64,000 bases of DNA from Nibricoccus sp. (GCA_047602425.1 JASGHG010000001.1:576001-640000), one strand, 5' to 3'; counted from the stretch's first letter, positions 1-10,132 are shown. Program-made: numbers and translations. The notes: generated from the sequence alone by a model not told the origin.

Positions 1-1
1 A

Positions 2-118
2 GACGCACGATCCAAACGGGCCGCGTAGTCGGCCGATCGTGCGTCCCGCCTTTTGAGTGATCGTCCGCCAGCCGCCTTTCAGCGAGCGTGGTGTTTTACT
101 CGTCCTGTTCGGTAAAAC
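2..118 (+). promoter_or_regulatory. Structured leader upstream of leuA (possible attenuator-like element, truncated by the window edge)
   Basis: GACGCACGATC (2-12) pairs with GATCGTGCGTC (35-45), with inner GGCCG/CGGCC; second stem GTTTTAC (93-99)/GTAAAAC (112-118). Confidence 0.4.
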
Positions 119-143
119 CTTTAATTCGTTAGTCCGTTTCGTC

Positions 144-1808
144 ATGCAAACTCCGCCCGTCACCAAATACCGGCCTTTTCCGCCGGTGAATCTGCCCAAC
201 CGCCAGTGGCCCAATCGCACGCTGACCCGCGCTCCCATCTGGTGCAGCGTCGATCTTCGCGATGGCAACCAAGCCCTCGCCCAGCCCATGAGCGTCGAGG
301 AAAAACTCGAGTACTTCGACCTGCTGGTGAAGATCGGCTTCAAGGAAATCGAAGTCGGTTTCCCCTCCGCCTCGCAGATCGAATTCGATTTTTGCCGCCG
401 CCTGATCGACGAAAAACGCATTCCCAATGACGTCGCCATCCAACTCCTCTGCCAATGCCGTGAGGAATTGATCGCGCGCTCCTGCGAAGCCGTCGCCGGC
501 GCGAAAAACGTCATCTTCCATCTCTACAACTCCACGTCGCCCGCGCAGCGCCAATACGTCTTCAACGCCGACAAGGCCGAGATCAAACGCATCGCCACGC
601 ACGCCACCAGCTTGGTGAAAGACTACGCGCGCAAGCTCACCGCCGCCGGGACCAAGCTGCGTTTCCAGTATTCGCCCGAAAGCTTCACCAGTACCGAACT
701 GGATTTCGCGTTGGAGATTTGCGAGGCCGTTACCGATGTCTGGCAACCGACCGCCACCGACAAAATCATCCTGAATCTGCCCGCCACCGTCGAATATGCC
801 ACGCCCAATGTCCACGCCGACCAGATCGAGTGGATGTGCACGCACCTGACCCGCCGGGACCGAACCATCGTCTCCCTGCACACGCACAACGACCGCGGCA
901 CCGGCGTGGCCGCGACCGAACTGGCCATGCTGGCCGGCGCCGATCGTGTCGAGGGCACGCTCTTCGGCAATGGCGAGCGCACCGGCAATCTCGACATCGT
1001 CACTGTCGCGCTGAACCTCTATACCCACGGCATTCACCCGGGATTGGACTTCAGCGACATCAACCTCATCCGCGAGGTTTACGAGCGCGTCACCAAGCTC
1101 GAAGTTCCCGTGCGCCAGCCCTACGCTGGCGAGTTGGTTTTCACCGCATTCTCTGGCTCGCACCAAGATGCGATCAAGAAATCGTGGGAAAAACAGCGTC
1201 CTGGGTCGCCGTGGGACGTGTTGTACATTCCGCTCGACCCGGCGGACATCGGCCGCAGCTACAAGGCGATCATCCGCATCAACTCGCAATCGGGAAAAGG
1301 CGGCGTCGCCTATATCCTGGAAAACGAGTATGGCCTGCAATTGCCCAAGCTCATGCACAAGGAAATCGGCAAGATCATCAACGATCTGGCCGACGCCAAG
1401 GGCACCGAGCTCTCGTCGCAGGAGATTCACGACACGTTCATTCGCGAATACATCGAACGCGCCACGCCGGTCGCACTCGAGCATTTCAAGAGCGTCGAAC
1501 GCGACGGCATTGTCACTTGCGAAGCGCTCATCCGCGTCAACGGCCGCTCGAACAAACTGCATGCTCAGGGCAACGGTCCGATCGATGCTTTCGTGCGCGC
1601 GCTGGCAGACGCCGGCCTGCCGAAGTTCGAAATATTGAACTACTCGGAACACTCGCTTGGCAAAGGCGCGCAAGCCCGAGCCATCTCCTACATCCAGATC
1701 AAAGCCGAACGAGGCAACACCTACTATGGTGCCGGCACCGACACCAACATCGAGTACGCCTCGATCAAGGCCGTCGTCAGCGCCCTCAACCGCTCGATGG
1801 CGAAGTGA
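144..1808 (+). CDS. leuA: 2-isopropylmalate synthase (yeast/actinobacterial-type LeuA)
   Basis: KYRPFPPV..WP, WCSVDLRDGNQ, SLHTHNDRG, GNGERTGN, IRINSQSGKGG and regulatory-domain GNGPIDAF; ATG 144 preferred over GTG 57. Confidence 0.97.
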   Translation: MQTPPVTKYRPFPPVNLPNRQWPNRTLTRAPIWCSVDLRDGNQALAQPMSVEEKLEYFDLLVKIGFKEIEVGFPSASQIEFDFCRRLIDEKRIPNDVAIQLLCQCREELIARSCEAVAGAKNVIFHLYNSTSPAQRQYVFNADKAEIKRIATHATSLVKDYARKLTAAGTKLRFQYSPESFTSTELDFALEICEAVTDVWQPTATDKIILNLPATVEYATPNVHADQIEWMCTHLTRRDRTIVSLHTHNDRGTGVAATELAMLAGADRVEGTLFGNGERTGNLDIVTVALNLYTHGIHPGLDFSDINLIREVYERVTKLEVPVRQPYAGELVFTAFSGSHQDAIKKSWEKQRPGSPWDVLYIPLDPADIGRSYKAIIRINSQSGKGGVAYILENEYGLQLPKLMHKEIGKIINDLADAKGTELSSQEIHDTFIREYIERATPVALEHFKSVERDGIVTCEALIRVNGRSNKLHAQGNGPIDAFVRALADAGLPKFEILNYSEHSLGKGAQARAISYIQIKAERGNTYYGAGTDTNIEYASIKAVVSALNRSMAK

Positions 1809-1857
1809 CAAGGCAAGGCACGTTACCCAACGCGCCGCTTCGACCAAAGTTCTCCCC

Positions 1858-1890
1858 AGGGCGGACCAATACGGTCCGCCCTTTTCTTTT
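1858..1890 (+). terminator. Rho-independent terminator of leuA
   Basis: AGGGCGGACC-AATAC-GGTCCGCCCT followed by TTTCTTTT. Confidence 0.85.
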
Positions 1891-1980
1891 GCAAAACCAC
1901 CCCTAGTACCAACCAGCCAGTCTTTCCGCAAAACCGCCAAAAAACATATCCTACCCCCATCTCACGCTCCAGAACCGTTC

Positions 1981-2061
1981 GTCATCCATTAGATGACAAA
2001 ACAGGGCTGCCAACAATGATCATGAGCTTCAATCAACTTGTCATCTATTGGATGACAAACA
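1981..2061. repeat. Pair of 17-21 bp imperfect palindromes (GTCATC-N5-GATGAC)
   Basis: GTCATCCATTAGATGAC at 1981-1997 and GTCATCTATTGGATGAC at 2040-2056; both recur inverted at 55574-55667. Confidence 0.85.
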
Positions 2062-2221
2062 GTTCGGGTGAGATCGACCCCGATGTGGAGTCATTTAGTT
2101 CGGGGTCGTGCGATCTTGAGGCCCCCAAAAGGATTGGACTGGAGATTACGGTGCATTTCCGATGCGTCCTTTTTCTTTTGCCAGTTTTGAAACCGGGGCG
2201 GATAAAAGACGTCCCTTTCCC

Positions 2222-4420
2222 ATGAGTTTCCCTCCCCGTTTTCTGCTGGCTGGAATTGGTCTGCTCGTCGGCTTCGCTTCCCAACTCGCCGCCGACGTCG
2301 CCATCGACCGTCACGCGCTTGTCACGCGCCACAATCCGGTGACTCGCAAAGTTGATCCCGACGCTACGCTCACTGTCGGCAACGGCAACTTTGCCTTCGG
2401 TTGCGACATCACCGGCATGCAGACCTTCGCCGAGTACCATCACCGCAACGGCATTCCAGTCGAAATCCTCTCACGCTGGTGCTGGATCACCGATCCTAAC
2501 CCCAACAACTACACGCTCGCCGACGCCTCAAAGGATTTCAAGATGGCCGACGGCAGCACACAGCCCTTCGCTACAAAGTCATCGTCTCCCGCTGGCGACT
2601 GGTTGCGGAAAAACCCGCGCAACCACCCGCTCGGCCAACTCGCCCTCGAATACGACAAAACCGACGGCACCCCGCTCACCACCGAGGACATTCAAGAGCC
2701 CGAGCAAACCCTCGACCTCTGGACCGGCATCGTCACGAGCCAGTTCAAACTCGACGGCGTGCCCGTCAAAGTCACCACCGCCTGTGCGCCGGAGGGTGTT
2801 GCAGACTTTGGGGTGGAAAACGACTTGGTTGCCCTGCGCGTTGAATCCGAACTTGTCGCCAAAGGTAAGCTCCGCCTACGACTCGCCTTCCCTCGCGGCC
2901 ATGATCTGGCGGTGAAGAACACCCCAGCACTGGACTGGTCCGAACCCAAGTCTCACAGCTCCAAACTATCCACACCTTACGTTATCGAACGCAAAGTACA
3001 GACAACACAATACAGTGTCTGGACAAGCCTGGCTGCCACCGAGCAATCGCCTCATCGTTTTGTGCTCACTCCTGCGCCCGGGGCAAAAGAGATCAACCTC
3101 GAAATCGCGTTCTTAAAATCGAGCTTTGCTATTTCAATGTCGCACATCGTTTCTCCGCAAAGCGTCTTCGCCGACTCCGCCGCCCACTGGCAGAAGTTCT
3201 GGCAATCCGGTGCCGCCATCGACTTCACCGGCAGCACCAACCCGCTCGCCAAGAAAGTCGAGGAACGCATCGTTCTCTCGCAGTACCTCATGGCCGTACA
3301 GATGGTCGGCGACGTTCCGCCGCAGGAGAGCGGACTCACCTGCAGCACGTGGTACGGCAAGCATCACACCGAGATGATTTGGTGGCACGCCGCGCACTTC
3401 CCGCTTTTCGGCCGCGACGCAATGCTCGCCAAAAATCTCGAATGGTACCAAGCCCAACTCCCCGCCGCCCGCGCCCTCGCGAAGAGCCGCGGTTACAAAG
3501 GCGCTCGCTGGGCCAAGATGACCGGTCCCGAAATGCGCGAAAGCCCCGGCGGCCCGCCGCTCATCATCTGGAACCAGCCGCACATGGTTTATCTCTGCGA
3601 ACTACTCTACCGCAACAACCCCACCCCCGCCACACTCGCCAAGTATCGCGAACTCGTCCTCGAAACCGCCGAGTGCTTGGCCTCAATGGCTTGGTTCGAC
3701 CCCGCGCGCAAACAATACGTCCTCGGCCCACCGCTCTGGATCGCGCAGGAGATCGGCGACCAAGCCACCAGCCAGAATCCCGGCTTCGAACTTTCCTACT
3801 GGCGCTGGGCCCTGACTGTCGCTCAACAATGGCGCGAACGCCTCGGCCTCCCGCGCGACGAAAAATGGGACCACGTCATCACACACCTTTCCCCGCTCCC
3901 GCAAAAGCACGGCATGTACGTCTCGCTCGAATCACAACCCGATAATTGGGACAACATCGCCAGCCGCCACGATCACCCGCAGATGCTCATGCCGCTCGGT
4001 TTTCTCCCTGGCGGCCCCGATGTCGATCGCCCCACGATGAATCGCACGCTCGATGGCGTGCTCCAGCAATGGGACTGGGAAACGAAAATCTGGGGCTGGG
4101 ACTACCCGATGGTCGCCATGACCGCCGCCCGCCTCGGCCGTTCCGCGGAGGCTGTCGAAGTCTTGATGCGTGAAGGCCCCAACAACCGTTATCTACCGAC
4201 AGGCCACGCCCCGGTGCGCAGCGACGAAGCCCTGCCCAAAAACGCCCCTCCCGGCGCGCGCAAACGCGAAATCGCCGTCTATCTTCCCGCCAATGGCGCC
4301 TTTCTTTCCGCCATCGCCCTCATGACCGCCGGTTGGGACGGTTGCGAAACGCCCTTCCCCGGTTTCCCCAAAGACGGCACTTGGAAAATCCGCGCCGAAG
4401 GACTGCACCGCTTACCGTGA
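2222..4420 (+). CDS. Secreted glycoside hydrolase, probably (alpha/alpha)6 type (GH65/GH95-like annotation); substrate unknown
   Basis: Signal peptide, IDRHALVTRHNP, LTVGNGNFAF, PPQESGLTCSTWYGKHHTEM, WGWDYPM, YLPANG motifs. Confidence 0.7.
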   Translation: MSFPPRFLLAGIGLLVGFASQLAADVAIDRHALVTRHNPVTRKVDPDATLTVGNGNFAFGCDITGMQTFAEYHHRNGIPVEILSRWCWITDPNPNNYTLADASKDFKMADGSTQPFATKSSSPAGDWLRKNPRNHPLGQLALEYDKTDGTPLTTEDIQEPEQTLDLWTGIVTSQFKLDGVPVKVTTACAPEGVADFGVENDLVALRVESELVAKGKLRLRLAFPRGHDLAVKNTPALDWSEPKSHSSKLSTPYVIERKVQTTQYSVWTSLAATEQSPHRFVLTPAPGAKEINLEIAFLKSSFAISMSHIVSPQSVFADSAAHWQKFWQSGAAIDFTGSTNPLAKKVEERIVLSQYLMAVQMVGDVPPQESGLTCSTWYGKHHTEMIWWHAAHFPLFGRDAMLAKNLEWYQAQLPAARALAKSRGYKGARWAKMTGPEMRESPGGPPLIIWNQPHMVYLCELLYRNNPTPATLAKYRELVLETAECLASMAWFDPARKQYVLGPPLWIAQEIGDQATSQNPGFELSYWRWALTVAQQWRERLGLPRDEKWDHVITHLSPLPQKHGMYVSLESQPDNWDNIASRHDHPQMLMPLGFLPGGPDVDRPTMNRTLDGVLQQWDWETKIWGWDYPMVAMTAARLGRSAEAVEVLMREGPNNRYLPTGHAPVRSDEALPKNAPPGARKREIAVYLPANGAFLSAIALMTAGWDGCETPFPGFPKDGTWKIRAEGLHRLP

Positions 4421-4457
4421 TTTTCCGCTAGCGCAATCGCCCACGGCTCGACCGCTC

Positions 4458-4877
4458 TTATTGCGCGTCGAGCAGCTTCGACTGTATGTTGTAAGCCACC
4501 AGTATTGGTTGATCTCCCTCCATCTCGACGGTGATTGTCTCAGTCGCACGATCTTTTTCGAACGCGGTCTGCTGCACTAAAAACACGAGCGTTTTCTGAT
4601 TTGCCGTGGAAAAGCGGCGCTGCGAATTCGCCGTGGAAACGGCCTTGCCCAGTTTCTCTTTCACCGTCTGCAAGTATTCCGAAAATTTAGTTTTTTCGGT
4701 CTCGGCCTGGAATCGCGGATGTGCACTTAGCCAGATCGCGTCAAAATTACCTGTATTAAAATGTTCGTGTATTTGAGAGATGATGGCGTTCTGATTGGCG
4801 ATGCTTTGATTGAGGCTTGTACAACCGGCCCACCAAAGTCCTGAACACACCAGGGCAAGCGCAACGAATGTTTTCAT
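4458..4877 (-). CDS. Small putative lipoprotein (DUF4019/DUF3887-like)
   Basis: MKTFVALALVCSGLWWAG-C lipobox-like start, followed by 'FNTGNFDAIW...KLGK' helix/strand pattern. Confidence 0.6.
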   Translation of the reverse strand: MKTFVALALVCSGLWWAGCTSLNQSIANQNAIISQIHEHFNTGNFDAIWLSAHPRFQAETEKTKFSEYLQTVKEKLGKAVSTANSQRRFSTANQKTLVFLVQQTAFEKDRATETITVEMEGDQPILVAYNIQSKLLDAQ

Positions 4878-5038
4878 ATCATGCTCGTTCTCAAAAAGGG
4901 TAAGCTTGTGTCGGAGAATATCTGCCACCGACACCGATTGTTCATAAACACAACACAGGCCCAAAGCCCCAGCAATCGGAAAACGTCGCCGCCATCCCGC
5001 GAGCAAACCGCTCCCTGCGTTCACGCACGCTCCGGCCG

Positions 5039-5061
5039 TTTGTAACGTAATACGTTACAAA
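5039..5061. repeat. Perfect 23-bp palindrome upstream of rlmN
   Basis: TTTGTAACGTA-A-TACGTTACAAA. Confidence 0.8.
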
Positions 5062-5125
5062 TGATGGTGGCACTTCCGTGGCCGTCGCTTGCACTGGCGG
5101 GTACGGCTGCTACTTTCATCGCTTC

Positions 5126-6253
5126 ATGAAGTTCACGCCCGCCAAGCCGCCACTCACCGGCGAAACCCTCGACTCGCTCACCGAACGGTTGCGCGAAAAA
5201 GGCGAACCCGCTTTCCGCGCCAAACAAATTCTCGAATGGGTGTATAAAAAACGTGCCCGCTCATGGGACGACATGAGCAATCTCTCGAAACCGCTCCGCG
5301 CGTGGTTGGCGGAAAGGTTCGAACTCATGCCGGCCTCGCTCGTGCTCAACAAACAGTCGTCCGACGTCACCGACAAATTGTTGCTTGAACTCGGCGACCG
5401 TTCGCTGATCGAAACGGTTATCATCCGAGCCCCGCAGGACGGGGTCGGCGTCGATCATTCGCGCAAAACCATCTGCATCTCCACCCAGGTCGGCTGCGCC
5501 ATGGGCTGCGTCTTTTGCGCCAGCGGACTCGATGGCCTGAAGCGCGACCTTCTGGCCGGCGAAATCGTCGCTCAACTTCTCCAGGTTTGCTATCGCGAGG
5601 ACGCACGCACGCCACGCGCCAAAGCCGAACTAGCTTCTTTCGACAATATCGTTGTCATGGGCATGGGCGAACCGCTGGCCAACTACGAGGCTTTGCTCCG
5701 CGCCCTCACCATCGTCAACGCCCCCTGGGGCCTCGGCTTCGGCGCGCGCCGCATCACCATTTCAACCAGCGGACTCGTCCCAAAAATCCTTCAGCTCGCC
5801 GACGAACCCGTCGGCTTCCGTCTCGCCATTTCGTTGCACGGCGCGACCGATGCAGTCCGCGAAAAAATCATGCCGGTCAACAAGGCCTACCCGCTCGCGA
5901 AGTTGCTGCCCGCGGTGAAGGAGTTTTCGGAAAAGCATGGCCGAATGATCACGCTCGAGTTCATTCTCATCGATGGCGTCAACGATTCCGTCGAGCAGGC
6001 GGAAGAACTCTGCTATATCGCCAAAGATCTTCACGCGCACGTGAATCTGATCCCTTACAACACCGTGGAAGGTCTGCCGTGGAAACGCCCGTCTGAAGCG
6101 CGCATCGAGGCATTTACGAACGTCCTTAATGCCGCCCGGATTTCGATGACTTTACGCCAGGAAAAAGGCCACGATATCGAGGCCGCTTGCGGTCAGCTGC
6201 GGCTTAGAACAGAGAAGGAACGCGCTGCCATTGAATCGGTAGCAAATAACTAA
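5126..6253 (+). CDS. rlmN: 23S rRNA/tRNA m2A methyltransferase RlmN (radical SAM)
   Basis: CISTQVGCAMGCVFCAS (CxxxCxxC), MGMGEP, ISLH, NLIPYN, DIEAACGQL. Confidence 0.96.
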   Translation: MKFTPAKPPLTGETLDSLTERLREKGEPAFRAKQILEWVYKKRARSWDDMSNLSKPLRAWLAERFELMPASLVLNKQSSDVTDKLLLELGDRSLIETVIIRAPQDGVGVDHSRKTICISTQVGCAMGCVFCASGLDGLKRDLLAGEIVAQLLQVCYREDARTPRAKAELASFDNIVVMGMGEPLANYEALLRALTIVNAPWGLGFGARRITISTSGLVPKILQLADEPVGFRLAISLHGATDAVREKIMPVNKAYPLAKLLPAVKEFSEKHGRMITLEFILIDGVNDSVEQAEELCYIAKDLHAHVNLIPYNTVEGLPWKRPSEARIEAFTNVLNAARISMTLRQEKGHDIEAACGQLRLRTEKERAAIESVANN

Positions 6254-6301
6254 ACTGGATACTTTACTTTACATCAACCTATCCGCATACGTTGATGCGT
6301 A

Positions 6302-7180
6302 ATGAATAGCGACCGTCCAATTTCCCAACTTTTCGCGCTCAATCGTCCTCTGCGTTCTTTGGAATTTTTTCCGCCGAAGGACGACGCTGGAATCCAGGCA
6401 TTGCGTGCAACCGCGGCCGCTTTGAAGAAACTGGAACCCGACTTCGTCTCCGTGACTTATGGGGCCGGTGGCAGCACGCGCGAACGCACGGCACAACTCA
6501 GCGCGATCCTCCGCAGCGAATTTGGCCTGACAGTAATGCCGCATTTGACGTGCGTCGGCCATTCCAAAGCCGAACTCAATGATATCGCCAGCCGGCATCA
6601 TGCCGCGGGCATTCGCAATATCATGGCCTTGCGAGGGGATCCGCCGAAAGGTGTGGCGGAATTCAAACCCGCGCCTGATGGCCTGAGCTATGCCAACGAA
6701 CTCGTGAGCCTGCTCAAGAACAGGCACAGCGATTTTTGCCTCGGGGTCGCAGGATACCCCGAAGTACACCCGCAAGCGGCCTCCGCCGAGGCCGATCTCT
6801 CAAATCTCAAGCGCAAGGTGGATGCGGGCGCGGCGTTCGTCACTACCCAGCTCTTTTTCGATAATGCCGTCTATCATCGCTTCGTCGAACGCTGTCGCAA
6901 GGCCGGCATCAACGTGCCGATCGTGCCCGGCATCATGCCGCCGCTCTCGCTCAGCCAGGTCAAACGCATGACCCAATTGAGTGGTTCGGCTGTGCCGGAA
7001 ACCCTCACCCGACGCCTCGAAGCCGCGGGCGACGATGCTGACACGGTGGAATTCGTCGGAATCGACTGGGCACTCGGCCAGATCCGTGACCTACTCGCCC
7101 ACGGCGCGCCGGGCTATCATTTGTACATCTTGAATCGCGCCAAAGCCGCTCTGGCGCTAGCCGCTGGTTTAGCAGCGTAG
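6302..7180 (+). CDS. metF: 5,10-methylenetetrahydrofolate reductase
   Basis: SLEFFPPK, SVTYGAGGS, HLTC, ALRGDPP, AGYPEVHP, TQLFFD. Confidence 0.96.
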   Translation: MNSDRPISQLFALNRPLRSLEFFPPKDDAGIQALRATAAALKKLEPDFVSVTYGAGGSTRERTAQLSAILRSEFGLTVMPHLTCVGHSKAELNDIASRHHAAGIRNIMALRGDPPKGVAEFKPAPDGLSYANELVSLLKNRHSDFCLGVAGYPEVHPQAASAEADLSNLKRKVDAGAAFVTTQLFFDNAVYHRFVERCRKAGINVPIVPGIMPPLSLSQVKRMTQLSGSAVPETLTRRLEAAGDDADTVEFVGIDWALGQIRDLLAHGAPGYHLYILNRAKAALALAAGLAA

Positions 7181-7217
7181 CACGGACAATCTGCCGGTAC
7201 TAAACGACGCGTTGACC

Positions 7218-9380
7218 TCAACGCGTCCCCGTTCTAACACGCACCGGCTGCAAACGCGGCGCGGCGATCAACAGTCGTGCGAAAGCCAGGAAACCAAGCG
7301 CAGCGAGCATCCAGATCGGCATTGCACCACCGCCACCGCCGCCACCCGAAGGTGCGGGCGCGGGAGCGGGTGCGGGGCTGCCAGACGAACTGGAGCTGCT
7401 CGAACTACTCGACGTACCAGTCAACATTACGTCCGCGTAAGCACTCGGAACCGATCCCGCCAAATTTGAAACCACAACCAAATAGGTGCCAGAGTTTGAG
7501 CCACTCAGGCTAGGGATTGTATACGATGCGCTGTTAGCGCCTAAGAGTGCTTGGCTGGCAAAATACCATTGGTAACGAAGATCCGTACCCGTGGCGACAA
7601 CGGATAGAGTAACGCTCACACCTGGAGTGGAACCAGAGAAAGATACGGGCTGCGTGGTTATCGCTGGGGCCACGACAGCGCCTCCCGAACTGCTACTCGA
7701 AGAAGACGAACCTGTCACCGTAGCCGTAACTGAGCTGCTAATCGACGCCGCAACCGGATTCATAATAATGACGTTGTAGTAATCTGCGTCGGCCGCGGTG
7801 GCACTTGAAACGCTATAGGTCTTCCCCGTTGCCCCTGAGATCGCTGTACCGCTCTTTTGCCACTGGTAACCGGTTATGGCTCCTTGTGAAACAACATTGA
7901 AGGAGAAGCTCGCACCAAGATTGACTATTGCCGATTGCGGTTGGGTCGTGATGACAGGAGGCAAGAGATCTCGACCAGAGTTACCTATCCCTGCACTTGT
8001 CATCCCAAGTGCTTTGTCGGCAAGAACCTTGGCGTTGTAAGCAGCTTTCGGCTGATCGACGGCAACACCCGTTGGTGCCCCGGCATAACTCACATTCGGA
8101 TTACTAAAGTAAGGAATGCGTGTACCGAGGTACGACATGATCGTGCCATTACCACCAAAACTGTGGCCGTACCAATACTTGCCATCACCATCGTAGGCTC
8201 CGTCTGGATTATCGGTGGTTTGTTTTTCGGTTTCTCGGTCGTGCTGACAGGAAAAATTGTGTGCTAGTTCGTGAGACATCGTGCCGTAACCACTCGAAAA
8301 ACCATCTGAAGTCCGTCGCCACATCACGACCGAACGGGCCGCGCCTCGGCTGAGGTTTCCGCTGACGCTTTGCGGGCTCCATGCCAATCCGACGGTATTG
8401 CCACTGGCTGATCGCGTGCCGGTGATGTAGAGCAACGCTTGGTCGGCACCATGCGCGGCCATTTTGTTCGTCACGAAGTCGCGCTGGGTGTTGTCAGGAA
8501 TCGCATCCCGTGACTGTTGAATATCGGAAATGCGATCCAAGTCGTCCTCAATATCGGTCGACGCGGCGTAACTTGGAATCTGATACGCTGCGACATACCG
8601 CCAGCGGAGATTGGTAATCGCGCTATTGATCAGCACGTCGTTGGCAGAAGCGATACGGGCAATCGCCGCTGTTTCAATGGCAGAAAAGGAACCTGCCGTC
8701 GAAAGCGTGGCTGCATCGTAGAAAAAGATCACATCGACGTGGGTGAATCCGTCGATCGCTGTCTTTGCCACTACACCGGAGTCGCTGGGCGTTGGTTCGG
8801 TCGAGAGATCCGGGGAGAGCGCGGCTTTTTGGCGAAGCTTCAACTGGTCCACGCCGCAACCACCTGCACCGGAGGTCTGCACGACCGTCATTTTCCCATC
8901 TGAAAGTTGTAGTTCGAAGTTATCAGACGCCGGAATTTCGAGTACGGCATGCCAGTCTTTTTCGGTGGCAACCAATACGAGAAAGGCCCCGGTCAATGCG
9001 TTGCGTCCATTCCAAACAGTGCGACCGTTTTCCATGCGAATAGACGTCCGCTCGAACTCCATTGGCGTGTCGGGATAGGGAGCGATGACAATTCTCTCGG
9101 GCTTGTACTCGCGCCAATCTTTGACGGGTTCAGCAAGTTTGGGCAACGCCTCGCGTAGGCTCACCGACAATGGACGAACTGCAGAATGCGTCTCCTGTGC
9201 GAGGTCCGCTGCAGGTGTAATCGGTGTAACTTCGAGAGCCCTTGTTAGAGCAGGCGTTACCTTAGTGGGAGCAACCTGTGCCAGCGAAGCAGGCCGTGTT
9301 ATGTGCTTCAATTTCACTACCGCCAGACCAGCAATCAGGCCGAGCGCAAGAATGAGCAGAAAACGCGTGTGCTTCTTCAT
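7218..9380 (-). CDS. Exported metzincin (M12B/reprolysin-like) metallopeptidase with two Ig-like domains and a GlyGly-CTERM-like tail
   Basis: N-terminal hydrophobic segment; HELAHNFSCQH zinc motif; Met-turn GTIMSY; two P.ITTQP..YQW..Y.V Ig repeats; poly-Ser linkers; GGGGGGGAMPIWMLAALGFLAFARLL. Confidence 0.85.
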   Translation of the reverse strand: MKKHTRFLLILALGLIAGLAVVKLKHITRPASLAQVAPTKVTPALTRALEVTPITPAADLAQETHSAVRPLSVSLREALPKLAEPVKDWREYKPERIVIAPYPDTPMEFERTSIRMENGRTVWNGRNALTGAFLVLVATEKDWHAVLEIPASDNFELQLSDGKMTVVQTSGAGGCGVDQLKLRQKAALSPDLSTEPTPSDSGVVAKTAIDGFTHVDVIFFYDAATLSTAGSFSAIETAAIARIASANDVLINSAITNLRWRYVAAYQIPSYAASTDIEDDLDRISDIQQSRDAIPDNTQRDFVTNKMAAHGADQALLYITGTRSASGNTVGLAWSPQSVSGNLSRGAARSVVMWRRTSDGFSSGYGTMSHELAHNFSCQHDRETEKQTTDNPDGAYDGDGKYWYGHSFGGNGTIMSYLGTRIPYFSNPNVSYAGAPTGVAVDQPKAAYNAKVLADKALGMTSAGIGNSGRDLLPPVITTQPQSAIVNLGASFSFNVVSQGAITGYQWQKSGTAISGATGKTYSVSSATAADADYYNVIIMNPVAASISSSVTATVTGSSSSSSSSGGAVVAPAITTQPVSFSGSTPGVSVTLSVVATGTDLRYQWYFASQALLGANSASYTIPSLSGSNSGTYLVVVSNLAGSVPSAYADVMLTGTSSSSSSSSSSGSPAPAPAPAPSGGGGGGGAMPIWMLAALGFLAFARLLIAAPRLQPVRVRTGTR

Positions 9381-9485
9381 GAAGGATGAGTACGGGGAAT
9401 GATATACAAAGTTCCCTTTGCGACCCACTAAGCTGGCGAAGACCAGTTTATAGAAGCCGAATGAGAGTTCTTATAACCAATAACT

Positions 9486-9512
9486 TAATCGGCCAAGTTC
9501 GCAACGGCGTGA
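9486..9512 (-). promoter_or_regulatory. Candidate sigma28-like promoter of the peptidase
   Basis: Minus strand TCAC-N15-GCCGATTA, about 105 nt before the ATG. Confidence 0.4.
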
Positions 9513-9601
9513 CCCCAGTCTGCAACAATATACAGACTTTTTAAAAAGAGCTGGCCTACACCGTTGCCACTGTGTTTTACCCTGCAAAACACCCAGAGTA
9601 G

Positions 9602-10132
9602 CTATTTTCCTTCGGCCGCTTTGTGCGCCGCGGAAACGAACGTGTATTTTTCAGCCCATTTTTTCAGGCCTTTTTGTTCTTCTTCCGTAAGCTGGCGAAC
9701 GACTTTGGCTGGTGCGCCCAACACCATAGAACCGGGCGGAATCACGGTGCGCGGTGTGACCACTGCGCCCGCGCCGATGATGCTGCGGGTGCCGACTTTC
9801 GCACCGTCGAGCACGGTTGCGCCCATGCCGATCAGGCATTCGTCCTCGATTGTGCAGGCGTGGATGATCGCGGCATGGCCGACGGTCACCCAGTCACCGA
9901 TGATCGCGTCCATATCGTCGGCAAGGTGCACGACGCAGTTGTCCTGAATGTTGCTGCCTTCGCCCACGATGATTCGGGCAATGTCACCGCGCAGCACCGC
10001 GCCGTAAAACACACTGCTCTTCGGACCCAAGGTAACGTCGCCAACGACAGTCGCGTTGGATGCGACCCAACTCGCTTGAGCGGTATCGGGTTTTTTGGCG
10101 AGATGGGCGGCAAGGCGTTCTTGAACGGTCAT
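9602..10132 (-). CDS. Gamma-carbonic anhydrase family (YrdA/PaaY-like) hexapeptide-repeat protein
   Basis: GAVLRGD, SNIQDNCVVH, VTVGHAAIIHAC, CLIGMGATVLDG. Confidence 0.92.
   Translation of the reverse strand: MTVQERLAAHLAKKPDTAQASWVASNATVVGDVTLGPKSSVFYGAVLRGDIARIIVGEGSNIQDNCVVHLADDMDAIIGDWVTVGHAAIIHACTIEDECLIGMGATVLDGAKVGTRSIIGAGAVVTPRTVIPPGSMVLGAPAKVVRQLTEEEQKGLKKWAEKYTFVSAAHKAAEGK

Noticed and set aside
57..143. In-frame upstream extension of leuA containing VLLVL, as a leader peptide
   Set aside because: No stop separates it from leuA and homology appears to begin at ATG 144; it is not a separate attenuator peptide
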